Below are positions 30,774 to 37,473 of a stretch of DNA of 37,473 nucleotides, one piece after another. Each line of letters opens with the position of its first letter. Within the stretch, counting starts at the first letter, position 1. This DNA comes from a bacterium TMED144 (lineage in GTDB: Bacteria; Fidelibacterota; Marinisomatia; Marinisomatales; TCS55), in assembly GCA_002170005.2 (NCBI GenBank), contig NHGT02000015.1, forward strand, positions 48,571-86,043, written 5' to 3'. Both the position numbers and the translations under genes were made by a program. Under the pieces are notes generated by a model. That model was given only the letters and a program-made list of their open reading frames with translations. It made no database searches and was not told where the DNA came from.

Positions 30774-31718
30774 TCAAAACTCTGATATAACTTCCACAAC
30801 ACTCTTGGCGGATGACATAATATAAAAATGAACACAAGGAACACCAAATTCTATCAGCTCATGGACCTGATTTTGCGCCCACTTAACACCGACTTCTCTA
30901 ATTTCATTCCTGTCTCTACCTATGACTTGATTTGATAGCTCGTTAGGTATATCTAAAAAGAAATATTTTGGCAATTTAGTTAGATGAATTTCAGATGATA
31001 AAATTTTTATACCAGGAATAATGGGAACTTTAATACCTGCTTGCTTACATTTTTCAACAAAATTAAAAAAGACTTTATTATCAAAGAACATTTGAGTAAC
31101 AATATAGTCAGCTCCTTGATCTACTTTCTTTTTTAAGTTAGTTATATCCGTATCTAAGCTTGACGACTCAAAATGTTTTTCGGGATATCCGCCTACCCCA
31201 ATACAAAAATTTGATAGGCTAGAGTCTATCAAATTTTCGAGATAAATTCCTTTATTCATGTTTGATATTTGAGCCACTAAGTCAGATGCATATTGATTTA
31301 CGTTGGGATTCTCAGATGCTCTTTTGTCAAAGCGAAGATCATCTCCTCTTACTGCTAAAATATTATCTATACCAAGATAATTGAGTTCAATTAATGCATC
31401 TTCAGTCTCTTCTTTAGTAAATCCATGGCATAGAATGTGAGGAACTGTTTCAATATTGAATTTATTCTTGATGGCAGCGCTAATACCTATTGTGCCTGGT
31501 CTTTTTTTTCTAATATGTTTTTTAAATCTATTACCATTGTTTTCTTCAAAAAATACTTCTGCAGATCGACTGGTTAAATCGATAAATGGAGGATCGAAGG
31601 GTTTTAATTTTTCTACTAAATTAAAAATCTTTTCAATGGAACCTCCTCTCAAAGGTGGTATTATTTCATAGCTAAATAATGTTTTATTTGCTTTCTCTAA
31701 AAATTCTATGACTTTCAT
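30774..31718 (-). CDS. metF: 5,10-methylenetetrahydrofolate reductase
   Basis: 314 aa with FSYEIIPPLRG near the N-terminus, ILAVRGDD, and the typical MTHFR TIM-barrel motif order. Its stop abuts the tilS start (TGAATG on the plus-strand complement). Confidence 0.85.
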   Translation of the reverse strand: MKVIEFLEKANKTLFSYEIIPPLRGGSIEKIFNLVEKLKPFDPPFIDLTSRSAEVFFEENNGNRFKKHIRKKRPGTIGISAAIKNKFNIETVPHILCHGFTKEETEDALIELNYLGIDNILAVRGDDLRFDKRASENPNVNQYASDLVAQISNMNKGIYLENLIDSSLSNFCIGVGGYPEKHFESSSLDTDITNLKKKVDQGADYIVTQMFFDNKVFFNFVEKCKQAGIKVPIIPGIKILSSEIHLTKLPKYFFLDIPNELSNQVIGRDRNEIREVGVKWAQNQVHELIEFGVPCVHFYIMSSAKSVVEVISEF

Positions 31719-31728
31719 TTTATAATTT

Positions 31729-32367
31729 CTAATTTAAAAATTTTAAGTAGGGATTGTTTTGAAATTCTTCATTTAAAGTAGTATCTGGACCATGTCCAGA
31801 ATGAACAATGGTTTCTTTAGGAAGCAAGGATAGCAATCGACGAAGGGAATCTTGAAGGGCGCTATAGTCACCGCCAGGCAAATCTGTCCTTCCAACGCTT
31901 CCTTGAAATAACGTATCACCAACGAACAAATGATTATTGTATAGAAAAGAAACGCCTCCAGGCGTGTGGCCTGGAGTATTTATGGTTAAAAACTTTAAAT
32001 CATTGAAATCTAGCGATGATTCACTGTGTAGCCATTTTGTAACAATTGGCTTAGGCTTAGGATTGATACCAAATAATTTGCATGATTCTTCATAGTAATC
32101 AAGAATTTTTTTTTCATTTACATGCAAATAGAAATCTATATTGTATTTTTTCTGAAAAAAACTAATAGCTCCGATGTGGTCTAGATGAGCATGGGTATTT
32201 ATTACTGCTAGCAGTGAAAGTTTGTTTTTAATAATGTAGCTATCAATAAGATTTTCATTGTCACCGGGATCAATCAATACTGCGTCACATTTTTCTTTAT
32301 CGTAGATTAGATAGCAATTTTCTTCAAAGGGCCCAGTAGTAATTTTTTTTATATTTTTATATTTCAT
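31729..32367 (-). CDS. MBL-fold metallo-hydrolase (hydroxyacylglutathione hydrolase / glyoxalase II-like)
   Basis: 212 aa with the HxHxDH motif (NTHAHLDHIG), the downstream metal ligands TPGHTPG and GDTLF...GRTD, and HSGHG. Confidence 0.75.
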   Translation of the reverse strand: MKYKNIKKITTGPFEENCYLIYDKEKCDAVLIDPGDNENLIDSYIIKNKLSLLAVINTHAHLDHIGAISFFQKKYNIDFYLHVNEKKILDYYEESCKLFGINPKPKPIVTKWLHSESSLDFNDLKFLTINTPGHTPGGVSFLYNNHLFVGDTLFQGSVGRTDLPGGDYSALQDSLRRLLSLLPKETIVHSGHGPDTTLNEEFQNNPYLKFLN

Positions 32368-33433
32368 TAAAAAATAATTCGCTCAAGCATTGAATCTTGT
32401 CCTCAAAAGAATGAGGGTAAAGAAAATATTCTGCTGCAGTTATGCTACTTAAAATAGAATTTCCATCTTGTGGAGTAAAGCAAAAGCCGTAAACTTCATG
32501 ATTATTTTTTACATGTAAGGATTGCTCAACAACAACTGTTTGATTTAATATTCTTCCAAAATGACCGTGATCTCTTCCAAAAGAATAAACGGTGGATGTC
32601 ATGTTTTTTGAAGTCATTGATACCAATTTATTATTAAATAATTTTTCCTTTACATCATTTAAAGTGATTGGTTCACTTGTCTTCAATGCAAACCAAAGGA
32701 CATGCATGTACTGACTATTAACTTTCATAGCTGACGAGAATAGATTTAAATCATAACCTAAAGTTGCAAATAGGCCTGAAGCATCTTTAGCATGATGGGA
32801 GCCAAACATTTCATCAGTATGATTAGATACGGTAGGTGATGCAATGAAGCTTCCAGCTTGACTAGTGTCATTAGCTCTTCTAATACAGACGTATCTACCA
32901 TCTATCAAGTTTTCTGACCCAAAACCATCAATAGCAATGGTTTTTGTGATACAAGAAATATTATGAGTATTGCATGAAACAACTTGAATAAATTGTTCAT
33001 TCGAATTTTTCTTTAATATGTTATCGTTTATGCCTCTGGCATATTTCATGCCAAACCCATCCTCACTGCCTTGAGCCATAAAACCATTTACATCTTTAGA
33101 AAATTTTTTGTAATAATGCTCTTTATTAAAATGACCAATTCCGGAAGGTGTACAATCTATGACAACGCTTGATCTTGAAATTGCTTCTTCGGTTTCAAGC
33201 TCAGGATCCATTCCAAGTGATTTAAAATCATCAAACTTCTCTTCATTGACTGCTAGCCTAGCACCTCTTTTCAGGAGATTAATAACCTTAGATCTATCGT
33301 TTTTTAATGCAGAATTCTTATTAAAGGTAACTTGATCAATTCCAAGCTGCTCAGAATAATCACAAAGCAATCCAATTAAAGGCTCACCAATAGTTCCAGT
33401 TCCAACAACATGTACAATTTTTTTATTACTCAT
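32357..33433 (-). CDS. Type II (archaeal-type) glyceraldehyde-3-phosphate dehydrogenase homolog
   Basis: 358 aa with a Rossmann N-terminus (VHVVGTGTIGEPL). Its motifs line up with archaeal class II GAPDH as I recall it: VIDCTPSGIG (archaeal VIDCTPEGIG), VVSCNTHN (catalytic Cys, archaeal VVSCNTTG), IRRANDTSQ (VRRGADPAQ) and GSHHAKD (PSHHGPD). The substrate is not verifiable from the sequence. Confidence 0.6.
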   Translation of the reverse strand: MSNKKIVHVVGTGTIGEPLIGLLCDYSEQLGIDQVTFNKNSALKNDRSKVINLLKRGARLAVNEEKFDDFKSLGMDPELETEEAISRSSVVIDCTPSGIGHFNKEHYYKKFSKDVNGFMAQGSEDGFGMKYARGINDNILKKNSNEQFIQVVSCNTHNISCITKTIAIDGFGSENLIDGRYVCIRRANDTSQAGSFIASPTVSNHTDEMFGSHHAKDASGLFATLGYDLNLFSSAMKVNSQYMHVLWFALKTSEPITLNDVKEKLFNNKLVSMTSKNMTSTVYSFGRDHGHFGRILNQTVVVEQSLHVKNNHEVYGFCFTPQDGNSILSSITAAEYFLYPHSFEDKIQCLSELFFNEI

Positions 33434-33560
33434 CTTTAAGATCCTTAATATTTTTCAATCTTATTTTTTTTTCTAATTTAAAATTAAATGAAAACCATAA
33501 AATAATACTTAACAAAACAATTAAATATGTGAAAAAAAAATAATTGAAAAAATTATACAT
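33426..33560 (-). CDS. ccmD: Candidate heme exporter protein D (CcmD); unannotated 44-codon ORF
   Basis: The minus-strand ORF runs from ATG 33560-33558 to TAA 33428-33426: MYNFFNYFFFTYLIVLLSIILWFSFNFKLEKKIRLKNIKDLKDE. It has one TM helix plus a charged tail, which is the CcmD architecture, and it sits in the CcmD position right after ccmC. It overlaps the ccmC stop by 8 nt and the next gene's start by 8 nt. It contains a T9 homopolymer, so the frame is sensitive to sequencing error. Confidence 0.5.
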   Translation of the reverse strand: MYNFFNYFFFTYLIVLLSIILWFSFNFKLEKKIRLKNIKDLKDE

Positions 33561-34218
33561 TATTTGTGAGGTTTTTATTGATAGAAATCACATATTTGCG
33601 ATAACTAAGCATAACAAAAAAAATGAAAGAAAAAACAAACAAAGAAATCATAAAAGGTATCAAAATACCAGTTGGCTGTTGATTCATTTCTACTTGAGGG
33701 TGAGATTGTAGCTCGGGTGACCAAAACTGAACAGAATAAAAAATGATTGGAACATTCAAGAATGCAATAATTGCTATAACAGCGGAGGTTTTTTTAACTC
33801 TTTCAATATTACCACCAAAAGCTCTCATCATAAAATATCCAACATATGTCAAAAATAAAATTAAAGTTGTAGTCAATCTAGGCTCCCAAATCCATGGTTT
33901 GCCCCAAATTGGAGTTGCCCATATCGGGCCAGTTATTAATACCAAAGACATAAAAAGTGTGCCTATTTCTGCACAAGCAGTGCCAGTGATATCCCACTTC
34001 TCTTTTTTTGTAGAAAGGAATAAAAAGCCTGATATCATTGCAATAAAATAAGATAGAAATCCTACCCAAGCTGATGGAACATGTAGATAAAAGATTTTTT
34101 GCGCCCAGTGTTGATCTGGCACCATCGGTGTACCATAAAAGATGTTCAACGAATTAAAAGCAAATAAAATAATTGCTACAATCAACAAATAAAGATTTTT
34201 TTTATTTTCATAGAACAT
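33553..34218 (-). CDS. ccmC: Heme exporter protein C (CcmC)
   Basis: 221 aa, polytopic. It carries the tryptophan-rich WWD-type motif WATPIWGKPWIWEPRLTTT and flanking conserved His residues. Confidence 0.9.
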   Translation of the reverse strand: MFYENKKNLYLLIVAIILFAFNSLNIFYGTPMVPDQHWAQKIFYLHVPSAWVGFLSYFIAMISGFLFLSTKKEKWDITGTACAEIGTLFMSLVLITGPIWATPIWGKPWIWEPRLTTTLILFLTYVGYFMMRAFGGNIERVKKTSAVIAIIAFLNVPIIFYSVQFWSPELQSHPQVEMNQQPTGILIPFMISLFVFSFIFFVMLSYRKYVISINKNLTNNV

Positions 34219-34223
34219 CGGTG

Positions 34224-34889
34224 TTATTCCTCTAAAATAAAATCAAACAATGCATAACCACTAAGACCAAAAACAATTAAAATTGAAATCAACAAATAAA
34301 TCCATACCTGCCATTCTATGTAAGGCGCTTGATTTATAATAGAATTTGTAATGTTTGTCGCAGCAATAATCAATGGGCTGATTAAAGGAAAAAGTATAAC
34401 AGGAAATAATATTTCACTTATTCTTGCCCTCATTGAAATTCCTGAAATCAAATTTGATACAAACATTAAGGCTAAATTTATTAATAATGTTGATAAAATT
34501 AATGGAAAGAAATCTATATTAATATCAATAGACAAAAATATAAAATAAGGAAAGATGATCAGAATTTGCATTAAGGTTATAAAAATAAATCCACTTAATG
34601 ATTTGGCTATAAAAATTAAACCACGATCTATTGGGGTGGTTAAAATTAAATCAATAGCATTAAATTCTTTCTCATAAGCATAGGATCTGTGTACACCCAA
34701 AACTGTTACAAAGAGCATCATCAACCAAAAAAGACCAGGCGCATAAGCCTCGATAATTTGCTTTGATAGATTAGAGGTAAAAGAAATAATTACGATAATT
34801 GATAATCCAAAAGCTAACATTGTAATTATTATTTCTTTGTTTAAAATTTCAGCACGCAACTCCTTGTTAATTAATTTTAAAAGATCCAT
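34224..34889 (-). CDS. ccmB: Heme exporter protein B (CcmB)
   Basis: About 221 aa, six-TM and hydrophobic, lying between ccmA and ccmC. The motif FAPGLFW-like AYAPGLFWLMMLF is typical of CcmB. I chose the ATG at 34889-34887 (TGATG overlap with the ccmA stop). The ORF track extends to the TTG at 34892. Confidence 0.85.
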   Translation of the reverse strand: MDLLKLINKELRAEILNKEIIITMLAFGLSIIVIISFTSNLSKQIIEAYAPGLFWLMMLFVTVLGVHRSYAYEKEFNAIDLILTTPIDRGLIFIAKSLSGFIFITLMQILIIFPYFIFLSIDINIDFFPLILSTLLINLALMFVSNLISGISMRARISEILFPVILFPLISPLIIAATNITNSIINQAPYIEWQVWIYLLISILIVFGLSGYALFDFILEE

Positions 34890-35518
34890 CAAGAAGATAT
34901 CTTTTTATTCTTCAGATAGAGAATATCATAGTTACTATTAGTAATATAATCTGTATTATGCGTAACTAGAAGAACTGATTGCTTATTTTCTATCCAAATT
35001 TTAATACATTCATTGAACAATTTAACTCCCTCATCATCAAGGCCATTTAATGGCTCGTCTAAAAGTCCTACTTTCCAATCTAATAAGAAAGCATAAGCAA
35101 ATTTTAATCTTTGTAGCATACCTTTTGAAAAAATCCCAACAGGTTTGTTTATGTAATTACTTAATTCAAATTTTTTCAACGTAAGAATAATTTTTTCTTT
35201 AGGAACGTCAGATTTTCTTAAGGATAGGCCTAATTCAATATTCTGTAAGGGAGATAAAAACTTGTAAAAACCTGGAACATCACCTAAATAAAAAATATTT
35301 TTTCTTAAAGTAGTTTTTTTACAATTTTCTATATTATTGAAAAAAATTTTACCATTATTATAGGACATAAGACTGGCTATGATTTTGAGAAAAGTGGTTT
35401 TACCAGAACCATTTTTTCCCTTGAGAATTTTTAACTCTGAATTACCAATTTTTAAATTCACGTTATCTAGTATGACTTTTCCATCAAAAGTCTTTGAGAT
35501 TGAATCTATATGGAGCAT
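34889..35518 (-). CDS. ccmA: Cytochrome c biogenesis ABC transporter ATP-binding protein CcmA
   Basis: 209 aa. Walker A is GKNGSGKTT, the degenerate signature is FSKGMLQRL and Walker B is LLDEPLNGLD. It sits directly upstream of ccmB/ccmC. Confidence 0.85.
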   Translation of the reverse strand: MLHIDSISKTFDGKVILDNVNLKIGNSELKILKGKNGSGKTTFLKIIASLMSYNNGKIFFNNIENCKKTTLRKNIFYLGDVPGFYKFLSPLQNIELGLSLRKSDVPKEKIILTLKKFELSNYINKPVGIFSKGMLQRLKFAYAFLLDWKVGLLDEPLNGLDDEGVKLFNECIKIWIENKQSVLLVTHNTDYITNSNYDILYLKNKKISS

Positions 35519-35790
35519 TATTTCTTTTTTAATTTTTTCAGAATTATTGATACTTCATTTTTAAGCAAATTTCTTCTTTTTTCAAATTCTACTTTGTCGA
35601 TATTTCCAATATCAAATTCCATTTCAAGTTCTTTAATACTCCTGTACAAAATAGTCTTTTCTCTTTTAAGAGATAAAATGGTTTCATCAACTGAATATTT
35701 AACTTCCTCTAAAAATAAAGGCTGAATTACATACAAAACACTTAATATTGTGAAAAAAAATATAAAACTATAGCCTAAAATAGATGGCAT
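35518..35790 (-). CDS. Small single-pass membrane protein, possibly a minimal CcmI (N-terminal module)-like cytochrome c maturation factor (hypothetical)
   Basis: 90 aa with an N-terminal TM helix (YSFIFFFTILSVLYVI) followed by a charged helical segment, LYRSIKELEMEFDIGNIDKVEFEKRRNLLKNE. That segment resembles the YRxQLxELxxDxxxGxI...RRLL pattern of the CcmI/CycH N-terminal region. It is wedged between ccmF and ccmA, with a 1-nt overlap (TAATG) with ccmA. Confidence 0.35.
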   Translation of the reverse strand: MPSILGYSFIFFFTILSVLYVIQPLFLEEVKYSVDETILSLKREKTILYRSIKELEMEFDIGNIDKVEFEKRRNLLKNEVSIILKKLKKK

Positions 35791-35793
35791 AGA

Positions 35794-37473
35794 TTACAAT
35801 TCTTTTCTTGGCCATAGTGCAATCATAGTTCCTAAGACAAGAACATATCCACCGATCCACACCCACTTCACCAATGGATTAATCATAATTTTTAGAAAAG
35901 CAGTTCCATTGGCATCAATAGCCGAAAAAATTGAATATATGTCAAGATTCATTGTTGAATGAATATCAATCTCACTATGTGGCTGCCTCTTATTTATGTC
36001 GGGATTATCGTGAAAATACACTCTTTTTTCTGGATATAAATCTTCAACAATATTTCCCTGACTGTCTAACAACCTTAGATGTGATATCCAAGCATAATGA
36101 TTGGGTCTTTCTTCTTCAGTAATATCAGTTAATAAGAATTCATAATCACCTACAAACTCGCTAGATCCTTTTTTTAATCCAAATTCTTTTTCTATGTCAA
36201 AAGCATTTCCAGTAAAACCAACAAACATCAAAACGATCCCAACATGAACTATATAACCACCATATCGTGAACGATTTTTTGAAATTATTTTATACAAAGC
36301 AACAAAGAATGACTCGTTGAATCTGACTATTCTAGATTTTGCACCTTTGTAAAACTCCATATAAATCGCAATAATAACAAATAGACATAAAGAAAAGGAA
36401 ATCACTACATATGCATCATAACCAAGGATCAATAAAATAATAAATAAAATTCCACCAATGAGTGTTGGTAAAAAGAAATTATTCTTTATTTTTTCATTGG
36501 ATGTTTTTCTCCATGCAAGCAATGGTCCAACGCCTGTCAAACCTAATAAAATCAAACCAATAGGTGTATTAATCTGATTAAAAAAAGGTGCACCTACAGT
36601 TATCTTGGTTCCTCTTACTGCTTCAGATACTACCGGAAAAATAGTACCCCAAAAAACAGCAAAACAAAGTACGACAAAGATTACATTGTTTAAAAGAAAC
36701 CCTCCCTCCCTTGAAGCAAATGATTCAATTTTCTTAGCAGATTTCAAATGATCTTTTCTGATATAAATCAAAGCAAATGAAACGATCAAAAGAAAAAATA
36801 CAAAAGATAAAAAGACAGGACCCAAGGAAGACTCTGTAAAGGAATGAACTGAGCTCATTACGCCCGACCTTGTAAGAAAAGTTCCAAATATGGTCAAAGT
36901 AAATGTTATGAATATTAAGATCATATTCCAGAAACGAAGCATGCCACTTTTTTCTTGTATGATAATAGAATGTAAAAAAGCAGTTAAAGTTAACCAGGGC
37001 ATAAAACTGGCATTCTCAACAGGGTCCCATGCCCAATATCCACCCCATCCAAGCTCTTGATAAGCCCACCACCCGCCAAGTATAATGCCAATACTGAGAA
37101 AAAGCCAAGAAATTAAAGTCCATCTTCTAATGCTCTTTATCCACAATGAACCGAGATCTTTATTTACCAAGGCTGAAAATGCAAAAGCAAATGGTACTGT
37201 TAGGCCTACGTATCCTAAATATAGCGTTGGTGGATGGATGGCCATGGTTAAATTTTGCAATAAAGGGTTTAAACCATTACCATTTTGAATAACAAAATCA
37301 GTATCCGTAGGTTTAAAAGGATTGGTAATAAAGTTGGTAAGCACTAAAAAGAATATTTGAACTACAGAGATAGATATTATGATCCATGGCATCAACTTGT
37401 GATGTTTGGCTTGATTTTGAAGAATTACAATTACACTAAAAATAGATAAAATAAAAAGCCAAAATAAAAGAGA
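35794..37473 (-). CDS. ccmF: Cytochrome c-type biogenesis protein CcmF (heme lyase/heme handling subunit), partial; the N-terminus lies beyond the window edge
   Basis: Polytopic protein with the WWD motif WGGYWAWDPVENASFMPWL. The reading frame stays open upstream of the track's start (37395) all the way to base 37473 (...SLLFWLFILSIFSVIVILQNQAKHHKLMPW...). The true start is therefore outside the window. Confidence 0.9.
   Translation of the reverse strand, partial: SLLFWLFILSIFSVIVILQNQAKHHKLMPWIIISISVVQIFFLVLTNFITNPFKPTDTDFVIQNGNGLNPLLQNLTMAIHPPTLYLGYVGLTVPFAFAFSALVNKDLGSLWIKSIRRWTLISWLFLSIGIILGGWWAYQELGWGGYWAWDPVENASFMPWLTLTAFLHSIIIQEKSGMLRFWNMILIFITFTLTIFGTFLTRSGVMSSVHSFTESSLGPVFLSFVFFLLIVSFALIYIRKDHLKSAKKIESFASREGGFLLNNVIFVVLCFAVFWGTIFPVVSEAVRGTKITVGAPFFNQINTPIGLILLGLTGVGPLLAWRKTSNEKIKNNFFLPTLIGGILFIILLILGYDAYVVISFSLCLFVIIAIYMEFYKGAKSRIVRFNESFFVALYKIISKNRSRYGGYIVHVGIVLMFVGFTGNAFDIEKEFGLKKGSSEFVGDYEFLLTDITEEERPNHYAWISHLRLLDSQGNIVEDLYPEKRVYFHDNPDINKRQPHSEIDIHSTMNLDIYSIFSAIDANGTAFLKIMINPLVKWVWIGGYVLVLGTMIALWPRKEL

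Noticed and set aside
1-31718. Folate/one-carbon genes (ftcD, gcvH, folP, metF) recur within one window and could form a dedicated C1 system.
   Set aside because: They are separated by many unrelated housekeeping genes and belong to different conserved neighbourhoods (for example ftsH-folP). Their co-occurrence in 37 kb of a compact genome is not evidence of a functional cluster.
33490-33555. The ccmC frame stays open for 22 more codons after its TAA stop (FFQLFFFHIFNCFVKYYFMVFI), which could indicate stop-codon readthrough.
   Set aside because: The extension is a composition-driven hydrophobic string with no known CcmC counterpart. The overlapping +1-frame ORF with its own ATG (the CcmD candidate) explains the region better.
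33878-34069. A 63-aa minus-strand ORF lies in an alternative frame inside ccmC.
   Set aside because: It overlaps the conserved WWD-motif region of ccmC in a different frame, and the translation has no features. It is most likely a chance ORF.
475-37288. All other plus-strand ORFs in the track (for example 4227-4610, 14503-14925, 24878-25225, 27530-27955, 33743-34051).
   Set aside because: Each lies wholly antisense within a confidently identified minus-strand gene (accC, tamB, prfB, ftsH, ccmC and others). Their products show no family motifs, so I treat them as shadow ORFs.

Overview
This window is an AT-rich, very gene-dense segment of a bacterial chromosome. All 36 CDS I can support lie on the minus strand. 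Two are cut by the window edges, and two are short ORFs below the ORF-track size cutoff. I see no rRNA, tRNA, CRISPR array, transposase or prophage signature.

The content is mostly housekeeping. In minus-strand transcription order it reads:
- Cytochrome c maturation: ccmF (5' end outside the window), a 90-aa CcmI-like membrane protein, ccmA, ccmB, ccmC and a hidden ccmD candidate.
- An archaeal-type (class II) GAPDH homolog, an MBL-fold hydrolase and metF.
- tilS-hpt-ftsH-folP-cdaA.
- prfB, carrying the classical programmed +1 frameshift, followed by lysS.
- lolC/lolE/lolD, clpC and dnaK.
- tamB, an Omp85 (TamA/BamA-family) gene and a small TPR lipoprotein.
- MoxR ATPase, a DUF58 protein and a BatD/DUF4381-like membrane protein.
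- efp-accB-accC, gcvH, gmhA, xerD, an M50 protease, a hidden 42-codon membrane ORF, and ftcD (3' end outside the window).

Gene junctions are typically 0-10 nt apart or overlap (TAATG, ATGA). Only two noncoding gaps reach about 100 bp: upstream of tamB and upstream of dnaK.

The Lol, Tam and Omp85 genes indicate a diderm. RF2 together with its UGA-based frameshift indicates the standard bacterial genetic code. The overall flavour (Bat-like MoxR module, ClpC, CdaA, streamlining) suggests a streamlined marine FCB-group/Marinimicrobia-like lineage, but that is inference only.

I do not see a clear-cut new defence or mobile system. The items most worth follow-up are:
- the non-canonical ccm cluster, including its unannotated CcmD and mini-CcmI candidates;
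- the bacterial type II GAPDH homolog;
- the minimal MoxR-DUF58-BatD/DUF4381 module;
- the tamB-Omp85-TPR lipoprotein trio;
- the translationally coupled 42-codon ORF at 893-1021.
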